From an uncultured bacterium (lineage in GTDB: Bacteria > Krumholzibacteriota > Krumholzibacteriia > WVZY01): a DNA stretch of 40,273 nt. Within the stretch, counting starts at the first letter, position 1; every line of letters begins with the position of its first letter. Below, one piece after another: positions 8,252-18,022 of this stretch. The notes under the pieces were generated by a model. It was given only the letters and a program-made list of their open reading frames with translations. It had not been told where the DNA came from and did not search any database. The DNA lies in contig CAZYCB010000148.1 in the NCBI GenBank assembly GCA_964645735.1, positions 1 through 40,273 on the forward strand, written 5' to 3'. The translations under genes were made by a program, and so were the position numbers.

Positions 8252-10363
8252 TCAGCTCCCCGCCGCCACTTTTATCCTGCTGTCCACCACCCGGCAGTGT
8301 CCTCTTTCCGGCGTCACGATCACCGGGTTCATGTCGAGCTCGACGATTCCCGGGAGATCGTTCACCATCTGGCCGAGCCTCTGTATCGACTCCACGATGA
8401 AGTCGATGTCCACGCGCTTCTCCCCGCGAACGCCCTCGAGCAGCGGATAGGACCGGATCCCTCTCACCATCTCCCGTGCGTCCACGTCCGTCACCGGCAT
8501 CACGCGGAACGTGATGTCCTTGATGATCTCGACGTACTTCCCGCCCATGCCGAACATGAGGAGAGGCCCGAAGACCGGGTCCGTGAACATGCCGAGGATG
8601 ATCTCCTTGCCGCCTTGCGCCATCTCCTGGACGAGGAATCCTTCCACGTCCTTCGAGATGCCCGCCTGCTCGAGGCTCGCTCCCATCGTTTGCACCGCCT
8701 CCTCCAGCTGCCTCCTGTCCTGTATGCCGACGATGACGCCGCCGAAATCGGATTTGTGGGTGATCCTCGCTCCCTGGGCCTTGAGCACGACGGGGTAACC
8801 GATTCGCTCCGCGGCGCCCGCGATGTCCGCGCTGCGGCGGACGGTCTCGAAACGGCACAGGGGAAAACCGTACGCCGCCAGCACCCGGCTCGCCTCGTCG
8901 GCCGAGAGGTACCCGCCGCCCGCTTCCTGCTTGGCCGCGATGATGCCCGGCACCGTACTGTCCGCGGAGGAGAACCGCCCAATTTTTCCCTCCGCCCTCG
9001 CGCACCACGAGCGATAACGCTCGACGGCCGAGATCGCCCGCACCGCCGATTCCGGGAAGCGGTAGAGGGGCGGCGCGTCGGCGATCTTCTTGGGAATTTC
9101 CTCGTAGTACCTCTCCTCGGCCATCAACACGCAATACACCGGTTTGCGATACCGCTTGCTCACATGGGTCACCCGCGTGACGACTTCCTTCGGTTCGACG
9201 AGGATGGGCGGAACGAAGATGACGATCACGGAATCGACGCCTTCATCCGCGAGGACGAGATCGAGGGCTTTCTCGTACTGCTCAGGTCCCGCGCTCGCGA
9301 CCATGTCGATGGGATTTCGTAGACTCCCTTCCTCGGGGAGAAAAGCGGCGAGCTGCCGCCGTGTTTCGTCGGAAAGCGTCGACATGTGCAGCCCCTCGTT
9401 CACGATCTCGTCGGTCGCCATGATCGCGGGTCCGCCCGCGTTGGTGAGGATGCACACGCGGTCGCCCTTGGGAATCGGGTTCTTGGTGAGAGCGAGCGCG
9501 ACGTCGAGCATCTCCTCGATCGTCGACACGCGGATCACGCCGCACTGATGCAAAAGGGCATCCGCTGCGATGTCGAGGACGGCGAGGGAGCCCGTGTGCG
9601 AGGACGCGGCACGGGAACCTGCCGCCGTCGTCCCCGACTTCACCACGATGATCGGCTTCTCGCGCGTGATCTGTCGTGCGAGTGCCGTGAACTTTCCCGG
9701 CTCGCCGAACGATTCCAGGTAGAGGGCGATCACCTTCGTCGATTTTTCCCGGGCCCAGTACTCCAGAAGTTCGTTGCCGCCGACATCGAGACGGTTGCCG
9801 ACGCTCGCGAAGTGCGATACGCCGAGATCGATCCTCTTCTGCATGAGGAGGATGGCGACTCCGAGAGCGCCGCTCTGCGACATGAACGCGAGCGACCCCC
9901 TCGCCGGCTCGAGGGGCGCGAACGTAGCGTTCAGCGATACGGCGGGATCGGTGCTGATTACCCCCATGCAGTTGGGCCCGACCACGCGAAAACCGTACTT
10001 CTGCTGGAGCGCCCGGAGGCTTTCCTCCCGCTTGATCCCTTCGCCGCCCGTTTCCCTGAAACCGGCGCTGATGATAACGAGCCCTCCCACGCCTTTCTCG
10101 CCGCACTGGTCGGCCACGTGGGTGACGTGCTCCTTGGGGACGACGATGATGGCGAGGTCGACGGGGTCGGGGATGCTCAACACGGATGGATAGCACTTGA
10201 TGCTGCTGATGTACTCGTGCTTGGGGTTCACGGGAAAGAGCATCCCGTTGAAACCGTACTCGATGATGTTCTGGAGGAGCTGCCGCCCGATGGTGCCCCG
10301 TTTCTGCGTGGCTCCGATGACGGCGATCGATTTCGGCTTGAAAATGCAGTCGAGTGATTTCAT
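8252..10363 (-). CDS. ADP-forming acetyl/acyl-CoA synthetase (fused alpha-beta, NDP-forming family)
   Basis: N-terminal CoA-binding fold KSIAVIGATQKRGTIGRQLLQNI. This is followed by a succinyl-CoA-ligase-like flavodoxin domain and a C-terminal ATP-grasp region. There is no GNAT domain at the C-terminus. Confidence 0.88.
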   Translation of the reverse strand: MKSLDCIFKPKSIAVIGATQKRGTIGRQLLQNIIEYGFNGMLFPVNPKHEYISSIKCYPSVLSIPDPVDLAIIVVPKEHVTHVADQCGEKGVGGLVIISAGFRETGGEGIKREESLRALQQKYGFRVVGPNCMGVISTDPAVSLNATFAPLEPARGSLAFMSQSGALGVAILLMQKRIDLGVSHFASVGNRLDVGGNELLEYWAREKSTKVIALYLESFGEPGKFTALARQITREKPIIVVKSGTTAAGSRAASSHTGSLAVLDIAADALLHQCGVIRVSTIEEMLDVALALTKNPIPKGDRVCILTNAGGPAIMATDEIVNEGLHMSTLSDETRRQLAAFLPEEGSLRNPIDMVASAGPEQYEKALDLVLADEGVDSVIVIFVPPILVEPKEVVTRVTHVSKRYRKPVYCVLMAEERYYEEIPKKIADAPPLYRFPESAVRAISAVERYRSWCARAEGKIGRFSSADSTVPGIIAAKQEAGGGYLSADEASRVLAAYGFPLCRFETVRRSADIAGAAERIGYPVVLKAQGARITHKSDFGGVIVGIQDRRQLEEAVQTMGASLEQAGISKDVEGFLVQEMAQGGKEIILGMFTDPVFGPLLMFGMGGKYVEIIKDITFRVMPVTDVDAREMVRGIRSYPLLEGVRGEKRVDIDFIVESIQRLGQMVNDLPGIVELDMNPVIVTPERGHCRVVDSRIKVAAGS

Positions 10364-10372
10364 GGCTCACCT

Positions 10373-10816
10373 TCAGTCTGAATGGTCTCCCGATGACTCG
10401 CGCCATATGCGGCGAAGGAGCTCGTCCACGCGGGTTCCGATCTCGTCCCGCACGGTCCGGAACTGCGCGATGCTCCCGCCCAGCGGGTCGCCGATCTTCC
10501 ACGAGATCACCGTCGCGGGGAGAGACGCGGGAAAAACCTTCTCGTTCGCGTACCCCGACATGTTGACGATGTAGTCCATCTCGCCGACCGGGACTTCGTC
10601 GAACCCCTTGGAGTGCTGGCGCTGTATGTCGATCCCCTTCTCGAACATCACGTGGGCGGCTTCCTCGCTCACCATCCCCGTGGGATGCACTCCCGCGCTG
10701 TACGCCTCGACGAACGCGCTCCCGCCGTTTCGCGCGAACCCTTCGGCCATCTGAGAACGGATCATGTTGCCGATGCAAACGAAAAGGACTTTCTTCTTGC
10801 AGCTGGTTTTGCTCAT
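10373..10816 (-). CDS. Low-molecular-weight protein-tyrosine phosphatase
   Basis: Trimmed to ATG 10816 (MSKTSCKKKVLFVCIGNMIRSQMAEG), giving the CX5R(S) P-loop. A DP general-acid loop (IGDPLGG) is present. It lacks the extra Cys pair of thioredoxin-coupled ArsC. Confidence 0.85.
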   Translation of the reverse strand: MSKTSCKKKVLFVCIGNMIRSQMAEGFARNGGSAFVEAYSAGVHPTGMVSEEAAHVMFEKGIDIQRQHSKGFDEVPVGEMDYIVNMSGYANEKVFPASLPATVISWKIGDPLGGSIAQFRTVRDEIGTRVDELLRRIWRESSGDHSD

Positions 10817-10892
10817 CGGTCGCTCTTTCGGTCGATCCCTCCGGACTCGCCGTCCGCGCACCGCTCCGGGCACGAGGTCCGACAGCACGGCG

Positions 10893-11585
10893 TCACTTCT
10901 CCCCCCGATGGAGCGTGACAATACCACCGGTCAGCCGCTTTGCCGACACCTTTCGCAGCCCCGCTTCTCTCATGAGATCGGTCACCCTCTCGTTGGGGAG
11001 GAATTTCCGAACCGACGACGCGAGGTATCCGTACGCGTCTTTCGACCCCGAGACGACACCTCCCACAAAGGGAATCACGCGCTCGAGGTAGAACGCGAAC
11101 GCCTTCAGGTGCAACTCCCCCGTCGGCGGAGCGAACTCGAGAATGACCAGGCGGCCTCCGGGCACGAGCACGCGCGTCATCTCCGAGAGGCCTGCCGCGT
11201 AGTCGGCAAGGTTCCTCAGTCCGAACGCCACGCTCACCGCATCGAAGCGTTCGCTCTCGAAGGGCAGGTCGAGAACGTCGCCTTCGACGAAGTGGACCTT
11301 TCCATCGAGCTTCTTTCGCGCCACCTTTTCCTCGCCGATAGCGAGCATCTCGCCCGAGCGATCGATGGCGATCACCTTGACAGCCCGCGTCCGCTCCGCG
11401 AAGGCTATGGCAACGTCTCCCGTGCCCGCGCACACGTCGAGCACGTTATCCCCCGGGCGCAAGCCGGCCGATTCGACGAGACGCCTCCTCCACACACGGT
11501 CGAAGTTGAGGCTGAAAATGTGATTGAGGAAATCGTAAGAGCGGGCGATGTCCGAGAACATTTCCGGCGTGTCTGTCTTCTGCAT
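10893..11585 (-). CDS. ubiE: Demethylmenaquinone / ubiquinone C-methyltransferase
   Basis: The N-terminus FSDIARSYDFLNHIFSLNFDRVWRR is the UbiE/MenG signature. The SAM motif is VLDVCAGTGD. It ends ...GGIVTLHRGEK. Confidence 0.9.
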   Translation of the reverse strand: MQKTDTPEMFSDIARSYDFLNHIFSLNFDRVWRRRLVESAGLRPGDNVLDVCAGTGDVAIAFAERTRAVKVIAIDRSGEMLAIGEEKVARKKLDGKVHFVEGDVLDLPFESERFDAVSVAFGLRNLADYAAGLSEMTRVLVPGGRLVILEFAPPTGELHLKAFAFYLERVIPFVGGVVSGSKDAYGYLASSVRKFLPNERVTDLMREAGLRKVSAKRLTGGIVTLHRGEK

Positions 11586-11594
11586 GGCCGCTGT

Positions 11595-13058
11595 CTATCG
11601 TCTCGCGTGGAGGAGCGAGAGGCCGAGGATGTAGACATAACCGGTGACGAAAAGGAGAAGGTAAGGCATAGCGCCCCAGTTCCTCAGCTTGAATAGAAAG
11701 AGAAACGTCACGCACATGTACACGGCGAAGAGACCTTCGATGAGAATCGAACGCGTGCCGACCGAGCGGTAGATCTTCCCTTTCCAGCTGTCCTTGAAAC
11801 CCTCGATCCGGTACTTGGCCGTCCGGACGAACGGCGACTCGCGCGAGGCAAGCGCCTCGATGACGGCCCACGCGTCGTTGATGCACATACCGATGCCGAG
11901 GACGAGGATGAAGGGGATGTCTCGCAAGCGTTTCTTCCAATCGGGGTAGATCTCACGCTGCGAAATCGAATAGAAGAGAAACACCGAGCCCGTCGTGAAG
12001 AGAAAGATGAGTATCTCCCAGAGCTCGACGCCGTTCAGCGCGAGGTTGTACCTCAAAACGAGCGAGAGAGGGAGAAGCACCGAGAGAAGAACGATGAGGA
12101 GGCAGCAGAACTTGACCGTCAAGTGAAAGGTCGCCTCTACCTTGACACTGAGCGGCAGCCGGCTCCGCCAGATCGTCGGGAGAAGCTTCTTGGCCACCTG
12201 GACGGCTCCCTTCGTCCACCGGTGCTGCTGGGTCTTGAAGCTGTAGACATCGACGGGGAGTTCGCTCTCGCACACGAGATCGGGGATGAAAACGAACCGC
12301 CACCCCGCCATCTGCGCGCGGTACGAGAGATCGAGGTCCTCGGTGAGCGTGTCGCCGTCCCACCCTCCCGCTTCGTCGATCGTTTTCCGCCTGAACACGC
12401 CTCCGGTCCCGTTGAAGTTGAAGAACCTTCCCGAGCACGACCGTGCGGTATGTTCGAGCATGAAGTGAGCGTCGAGGAGAATCGCCTCGACGCGCGTGAG
12501 GAGCGAGTAGTCCCTGTTGAGGTAACCCCACCGCGCCTGAACCATTCCGATCTTGGGGTCCGCGAAGTACGGCACGGCGCGCTTCAAGAAATCGGGCGGC
12601 ACGACGAAATCGGCGTCGAAGATGGCGACGAGATCGTCACTGGATCTCTGCAGACCCGCCCTGAGGGCGCCAGCCTTGTAGCCCGACCGGTCGCTGCGAT
12701 GAATATATACGACGTTGAGTCCTCGCGATCGCAGCTTACCCGCCGCGGCGCGCGCGATCTCCTGCGTCCCGTCGGTCGAGTCATCGAGTATCTGGATGGT
12801 GAGGAGTTCCCTCGGGTAGTCGAGATGGCTGACGCTTTCGATCACGCGCTCGGCGACGTAGTACTCGTTGTAAATGGGGAGCTGCACCGTCACCGAGGGG
12901 CATGCCTCGCTACGAAGCGGCGGCGGCTCCGTCTTTTCGACCCGCTTGTAGTACCGGTAGTACAGGTACAGGACGAAATAGCGGTGAAGCCCGTAGATCG
13001 AGAGAATGGCGAGCACGGCGAGATAGACGACGACCGTGACACGGCTCAGGATTTCCAT
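11595..13058 (-). CDS. Membrane-embedded family-2 glycosyltransferase, processive synthase type (CslA / cellulose-synthase-like)
   Basis: There is an N-terminal TM helix. The motifs D (LDDSTD), DxD-like (FDADF), TED (TEDLDLS) and QxxRW (QQHRW) are present. Several C-terminal TM helices follow. Confidence 0.85.
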   Translation of the reverse strand: MEILSRVTVVVYLAVLAILSIYGLHRYFVLYLYYRYYKRVEKTEPPPLRSEACPSVTVQLPIYNEYYVAERVIESVSHLDYPRELLTIQILDDSTDGTQEIARAAAGKLRSRGLNVVYIHRSDRSGYKAGALRAGLQRSSDDLVAIFDADFVVPPDFLKRAVPYFADPKIGMVQARWGYLNRDYSLLTRVEAILLDAHFMLEHTARSCSGRFFNFNGTGGVFRRKTIDEAGGWDGDTLTEDLDLSYRAQMAGWRFVFIPDLVCESELPVDVYSFKTQQHRWTKGAVQVAKKLLPTIWRSRLPLSVKVEATFHLTVKFCCLLIVLLSVLLPLSLVLRYNLALNGVELWEILIFLFTTGSVFLFYSISQREIYPDWKKRLRDIPFILVLGIGMCINDAWAVIEALASRESPFVRTAKYRIEGFKDSWKGKIYRSVGTRSILIEGLFAVYMCVTFLFLFKLRNWGAMPYLLLFVTGYVYILGLSLLHARR

Positions 13059-13115
13059 GATTTCCCTTCCCGTGCGCGCTCCCCTCGCGCGCTCGTCGGT
13101 CTCTCCGTACTCCCT

Positions 13116-15311
13116 TTACCGCGGGGCGGGCGTCAGCGTCATGCCGAATACCTTGAATAGGAAGGCCCAGACATCCGCCGCCTCCTCGATACGCTTCGAC
13201 GTCGGCTTACCGCTGCCGTGACCTGCCTTCGTCTCGATCCGTATGAGTATCGGATTGTCTCCCGCGTCCGCTGCCTGGAGCGCGGCGGCGAACTTCTTGG
13301 CGTGCATCGGAACGACCCGATCGTCGGTGTCCGCCGTGGTCATGAGGGTCGAAGGATACTTCACGCCTCTCTTGACATTATGGACCGGAGAGTAGGCGTA
13401 AAGGAACTTGAATTGTTCGGGATCGTCCGAGGTCCCGTAGTCCGACGCCCAGAACCTTCCGATAGTGAACTTGTGGTAACGGAGCATGTCGGTCACGGGC
13501 ACCTGGGCGACGACGGCGCCGAAGAGATCGGGGCGCTGGAGCATGCACGCCGCGACGAGGAGCCCCCCGTTGCTGCCGCCCTCGATCGCGAGCCGCGCGG
13601 TGCTCGTGTACTTGCTGGCGACGAGCCACTCGGCAGCCGCGATGAAATCATCGAACACGTTCTGCTTCCGGTCGAGAATGCCCGCCTGGTGCCACTGCTC
13701 CCCGTACTCGTTGCCCCCGCGGATGTTGGCCACGGCGTAGACGCCGCCGTTTTCGAGCCAGACGAGACTCGAGGGGGAGAAGCGCGGCGTCATCCCCACG
13801 GTGAACCCGCCGTAGCCGTAGAGGAGCGTGGGATTGCTTCCGTCGAGAGCCAATCCTTTCTTGCACGTGATGAACATGGGGACCTGCGTCCCGTCTTTCG
13901 ACGTGTAGAAAACCTGCTTCGTTTCGTAGTTCGAGATGTCGAAATCGATCTCCGACCGGCGAAAGACCGACACGGCGTTGGTCGCGAAATCGTAACGGAA
14001 CGCGGTCATCGGATAGAGGAACGACGTGAAGCCGAAGAACATCTCGCTGTCCTTCCTCTGACCGGAGAGGCCGATGACCGAGCCCATCGTGGGGAGCGCG
14101 ATCTCCCGCGAGAACTCGCCCGTCGTGTGGAAGATCTTGAGCACGTGGTGGGCATCTTCGAGATACGCGGCGACGAGTTCGTTGTCGACCATGCTCACGA
14201 AGTCGAGCACGTCCTGGCTCTGCGGTATCACCTCGCGCCAGTTCGCCCGGTCGGGATTGCCCACGTCGATCGCGATGACACGTCCCCGGGGGGCGCCGAG
14301 GTCGGTTTTGACGTACCACACCGGGCCGACGTTATCGATGAAGGTGTACTCCGCTTCCCCGAGCGCGAGGAGCTTCGTGAACTCGCCTTCCTCAACGACC
14401 TCTCTGAAGTAGAGGCCGTTTCTCGGATCCGTGCCGTGGCTCACCTGGAGAGCGAGGTACTTGCCGTCGTCCGTGATGAATGGACCGAAGCCCCATTCCT
14501 TGTGCTCCGGGTCCTCGTAGACGAGGATATCGGCCGACTGCGGCGTGCCGAGCGTATGCCAGTAGACGCGGTCGTAGGCTTCCTCGTCTTCTTTGGGCAC
14601 CGTCCCCGGCTCCGGGTGGCGGTCGTAGTAAAAGCCCGTGTTCTCGTGTTGCCACGCGACACTGGTGAACTTGCACCACTTGATCGTCTCATCGAAATCC
14701 TTGCCCGTGTCGACCCAGCGGATCTTGATCTCTTGTTTGTCGCTCCCGCTCACAGACAGGCTGTACGCGACGAGCTTTCCGTCGTCGCTGTACGCCGTGC
14801 TGCTGACGGCGACCGTCCCGTCCGCGCTCAATGTGTTCGGATCGAGAACCACAGCGGGATCGCTCTCTAGCGTTTTCTGCGTGTAGAACACCGACTGGTT
14901 TTGCAAGCCGTCATTCTTCGTGAAGAAATACCGATCGCCGCGTTTGAAGGGAATCCCGTACCTCGGGTAGTTCCACAGCTTCGCAAGCCTCTCCTCGATG
15001 GCCGCCCTCTCCGGGATGCCGTCGAGGAAACCGCGCGTGAGCGTGTTTTCGGCGTCGACCCACGCGACGGTCTCCGGGGCGTCGGGGTCCTCCATCCAGC
15101 GGTACGGGTCCTGGACTGTTGTTCCATGATAGACGTCGACGGCGTCCGATTGGCGGGCGGCTGGATACGCAAGTTTCCCGGCAGACGCCTCTTGCGGCAG
15201 GGCCGAAAAGATGCCGAACCAAAGGGCGAGCGCGACCATGACCGAGAGAGCCGCGACCGTGTGGCGCCCGGACGGGCGGCCGGCGGTTTCACGAAGACGA
15301 GCGAATGACAT
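13116..15311 (-). CDS. Prolyl oligopeptidase (S9A), secreted
   Basis: It has a signal peptide, the N-terminal motif DPYRWMED, the catalytic Ser motif GGSNGGLL, and Asp/His regions (DTDDRV, KAGHG). GAGGAGG SD upstream of ATG 15311. Confidence 0.9.
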   Translation of the reverse strand: MSFARLRETAGRPSGRHTVAALSVMVALALWFGIFSALPQEASAGKLAYPAARQSDAVDVYHGTTVQDPYRWMEDPDAPETVAWVDAENTLTRGFLDGIPERAAIEERLAKLWNYPRYGIPFKRGDRYFFTKNDGLQNQSVFYTQKTLESDPAVVLDPNTLSADGTVAVSSTAYSDDGKLVAYSLSVSGSDKQEIKIRWVDTGKDFDETIKWCKFTSVAWQHENTGFYYDRHPEPGTVPKEDEEAYDRVYWHTLGTPQSADILVYEDPEHKEWGFGPFITDDGKYLALQVSHGTDPRNGLYFREVVEEGEFTKLLALGEAEYTFIDNVGPVWYVKTDLGAPRGRVIAIDVGNPDRANWREVIPQSQDVLDFVSMVDNELVAAYLEDAHHVLKIFHTTGEFSREIALPTMGSVIGLSGQRKDSEMFFGFTSFLYPMTAFRYDFATNAVSVFRRSEIDFDISNYETKQVFYTSKDGTQVPMFITCKKGLALDGSNPTLLYGYGGFTVGMTPRFSPSSLVWLENGGVYAVANIRGGNEYGEQWHQAGILDRKQNVFDDFIAAAEWLVASKYTSTARLAIEGGSNGGLLVAACMLQRPDLFGAVVAQVPVTDMLRYHKFTIGRFWASDYGTSDDPEQFKFLYAYSPVHNVKRGVKYPSTLMTTADTDDRVVPMHAKKFAAALQAADAGDNPILIRIETKAGHGSGKPTSKRIEEAADVWAFLFKVFGMTLTPAPR

Positions 15312-15420
15312 CAGCGAACCTCCTCATCCCGCTGCGTGGCCGAATCTGGTGACGAACATGGCTGGACGGATTGCCGTGAATTATACACCAAAACCCTTCC
15401 CCGTCAACCGGGCGCGCCTC

Positions 15421-15448
15421 TTGACAACCCGCGCGGCTGTGGTATGTT
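15421..15448 (+). promoter_or_regulatory. Putative sigma70-type promoter of the thi operon
   Basis: TTGACA (15421-15426), a 16-nt spacer, then TATGTT (15443-15448). It sits about 25 nt upstream of the riboswitch. Confidence 0.4.
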
Positions 15449-15465
15449 TTCGTTGGTTTGTCACG

Positions 15466-15556
15466 ACATACATGGGGTGCTCGTCCGGAGCGGGACGGGC
15501 TGAGAGCATACCCTTTGAACCTGATCCGGGTAATACCGGCGAAGGGACATCGCAGC
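15466..15556 (+). promoter_or_regulatory. TPP (THI-box) riboswitch
   Basis: All conserved blocks are present in order: GGGGUGC (15474), GCUGAGAG (15499), ACCCUUUGAACCUGAUCCGGGUAAUACCGGCGAAGGGA (15510-15547). It lies directly upstream of thiO. The outer P1 boundaries are approximate. Confidence 0.85.
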
Positions 15557-15564
15557 TCCTGGTT

Positions 15565-15607
15565 CCGCCGTCACCTCTTCGAAAAAGGGTCCGGCGGTTT
15601 TTTGTTT
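15565..15607 (+). terminator. Intrinsic terminator (likely riboswitch expression platform)
   Basis: CCGCCG (15565-15570) pairs with CGGCGG (15592-15597). Inner ACCU/GGGU pairs extend the stem. TTTTTTGTTT follows. Confidence 0.6.
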
Positions 15608-15683
15608 GCACGTTTTGTTCGTGCGGCGGGCGTTCAGACGCAAAGCCCACGCACCGAGCGTGCGAAGACGGAGCGAAGCAAGA

Positions 15684-16838
15684 ATGCCGAACGACGGAAG
15701 ACACGCAGGAGAGGCGCCCGTCATCGTGATCGGCGCCGGGATCATCGGACTCTCCCTCGGCTGGCAGCTCGTCCGCCGAGGAATTCCCGTCGTCCTCTGC
15801 GAACGCGGCGAGGCGGGACGCTCGGCGAGCTGGGCCGCGGCAGGGATGCTCGCCCCCCACTCCGAGGTGGGTTTCGAGGAAGAGGAATTCCTCCGTCTGG
15901 GGATCGAGAGTTTGAACGAGTTCCCGCGGTTCCTCGACGAGATCGAGGAGGATACGGGCCGGCGCGTCCTTCTCGACGATCGGGGGACGTTGATCGTCGG
16001 CTTCCACCGTGACGATACCGAGCGGATCCGGCGCTTGTACGAATTCAGGGAACACCTCGGGCTCGCCGTGAAATGGCTCCCCGGCAGCGAAGGACGCGAG
16101 ATCGAACCGCTTCTCTCGCCGAAGATCACCGCGGCCATATGGCTTCCCGACGACTGCCAGATCAACAACCGCGCCCTCGTCGGCGCTTTGAAAGACGCCT
16201 TCCTCGCGCGGGGCGGAGTGCTGAGAGAACACACTCCCGTCCGGTCGATCGTGATGGACACCGATCGCGTGCGCGGCGTGCGGACCGAGGAGGACGAGAT
16301 CGTTTCGTCCTCGGTCGTCCTCGCCGCGGGGTGCTGGTCGGGTCTCGTCGACGGCATTCCCGAAAACGTCAAACCCCCGGTGCGTCCGGTCAAGGGACAG
16401 ATCGTCTCGCTCCGCATGGGAGAGGAATTCCGCTTCGAGCACGTCGTTCGCGCGCCGGACGCGTATCTGCTCCCCAAAGACGACGGCCGGCTTCTCGTCG
16501 GCGCGACGCAGGAAGAGATGGGATTCGACGTGACGCCCACCGCCGGTCCCGTCATGCGGCTCCTCGAAAGAGGGTGGGAGGCGATCCCGTCGATATACGA
16601 CCTCGCGATCGACACGATCGACGTGGGACTTCGCCCCGGAAGCCGGGACAACGAACCCCTCGTGGGCTCGACGGAGGTCCGGGGCCTCTACTACGCGACG
16701 GGACATCATCGGCACGGAATACTCCTCGCGCCGGTGACGGCGTACGCGATGTGCGACGTGATCCTCGAGGGAAAGACCCCCGACATCCTCGCGCCGTTTC
16801 GTCCGTCGAGGTTCCTCAAACCGCGAGGGAGGCTGTAG
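15684..16838 (+). CDS. thiO: Glycine oxidase
   Basis: Trimmed to ATG 15684. FAD fold VIVIGAGIIGLSLGWQLVRRG followed by ...SWAAAGMLAP. DAO-family length. It is first in the thiS-thiG operon behind the TPP riboswitch. Confidence 0.88.
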   Translation: MPNDGRHAGEAPVIVIGAGIIGLSLGWQLVRRGIPVVLCERGEAGRSASWAAAGMLAPHSEVGFEEEEFLRLGIESLNEFPRFLDEIEEDTGRRVLLDDRGTLIVGFHRDDTERIRRLYEFREHLGLAVKWLPGSEGREIEPLLSPKITAAIWLPDDCQINNRALVGALKDAFLARGGVLREHTPVRSIVMDTDRVRGVRTEEDEIVSSSVVLAAGCWSGLVDGIPENVKPPVRPVKGQIVSLRMGEEFRFEHVVRAPDAYLLPKDDGRLLVGATQEEMGFDVTPTAGPVMRLLERGWEAIPSIYDLAIDTIDVGLRPGSRDNEPLVGSTEVRGLYYATGHHRHGILLAPVTAYAMCDVILEGKTPDILAPFRPSRFLKPRGRL

Positions 16839-16859
16839 GCCGAGAATCGGAGACGAACG

Positions 16860-17066
16860 ATGCTGCTGACGATCAACGGAGAGAAAAAGAATATCGACAG
16901 CGTCGAGACGCTCGCCGACGTGCTCGCTATCCTCGGAATCGACGCCGCAACGAAAGGCATCGCCGTCGCGCTGAACGACACGGTCGTTCCCAGGGTGGAA
17001 TGGAAGTCGACGCGACTCCAGGACGGCGGCACCATCGAAATCATCCGCGCGGTTCAAGGCGGATGA
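16860..17066 (+). CDS. thiS: Sulfur-carrier protein ThiS
   Basis: 68 aa with a ubiquitin-like fold pattern (MLLTINGEK...) and a C-terminal GG. Confidence 0.9.
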   Translation: MLLTINGEKKNIDSVETLADVLAILGIDAATKGIAVALNDTVVPRVEWKSTRLQDGGTIEIIRAVQGG

Positions 17067-17166
17067 AAGCCCGGTCGGCAGCGGCGCCGTCGAGGTCGCG
17101 CGAGCGGGAGAGGGCGGAAGAGAAATCGGCGCACGGTTCTTGCCGCTGCGCCAGAGAGGTTGTTCG

Positions 17167-17952
17167 ATGGATTCACTGAAGATCGCTGACAGAACGCTTC
17201 AATCCCGTCTCATACTGGGATCGGCGCGGTATCCGAACCCGGAGATCATGCTCGAAGCGCTGAGGGCGAGCGGCACGGAGATGGTGACGGTCGCCATCCG
17301 CCGGGTCAATCTCAAGGACACGTCGGGCGAGAGCCTCTTGCAGCTGCTTCGGAACGAGAAGTATTTCATCCTCCCGAACACCGCGGGGTGCTTCACCGCC
17401 AAGGAGGCGGTCTTGACCGCGCGTCTCGCGCGCGAAGCCCTCGAAACGCACTGGATCAAACTCGAAGTCATCGGCGACGACGAAACGCTCTTTCCCGATG
17501 TCCCCGAACTCCTCAAGGCCGCGGAGCAGCTCATCGCCGAAGGGTTCATCGTGCTTCCCTACTGCAACGATGACCCCGTGACGTGCAAGAAACTCGCGGG
17601 ACTGGGGTGTCCCGTGGTGATGCCGCTCGGTGCGCCCATCGGGTCGGGGATGGGAATTCGCAATCCCTACAATCTGAGAATCATACGAGAGGTCGTCGAC
17701 ATCCCCGTCATCGTCGATGCCGGGGTGGGAACGGCGTCCGACGTGGCCGTCGCGATGGAACTCGGTTGTGACGGGGTGCTCCTCAACACCGCCGTGGCCG
17801 AAGCGGCGCACCCCGTCGAGATGGCGCGCGCCATGCGCCTCGCTTCCGAAGCGGGGCGCCTGGCGTATCGCGCGGGGAGAATCCCCAAGAAACTCTACGC
17901 CTCGGCTTCGAGTCCTCTCGAAGGAATGATCGGCTCGGAAGGCCGCGACTGA
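17167..17952 (+). CDS. thiG: Thiazole synthase
   Basis: Trimmed to ATG 17167 ([24 protein letters not shown]). Conserved blocks: [36 protein letters not shown]. Confidence 0.93.
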   Translation: MDSLKIADRTLQSRLILGSARYPNPEIMLEALRASGTEMVTVAIRRVNLKDTSGESLLQLLRNEKYFILPNTAGCFTAKEAVLTARLAREALETHWIKLEVIGDDETLFPDVPELLKAAEQLIAEGFIVLPYCNDDPVTCKKLAGLGCPVVMPLGAPIGSGMGIRNPYNLRIIREVVDIPVIVDAGVGTASDVAVAMELGCDGVLLNTAVAEAAHPVEMARAMRLASEAGRLAYRAGRIPKKLYASASSPLEGMIGSEGRD

Positions 17953-18022
17953 CGCCCGCACTACGCCCGCGGAGGGAGGGGCCGAGCGGCGTCGAAGCGG
18001 CCGGTGAACAGATCGGCGGGAC

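Noticed and set aside
15381-17057. 558-aa and 396-aa minus-strand ORFs across the riboswitch, thiO and thiS region
   Set aside because: They are antisense to thiO/thiS, run straight through the TPP riboswitch, and are Arg/Asp-rich with no motifs.
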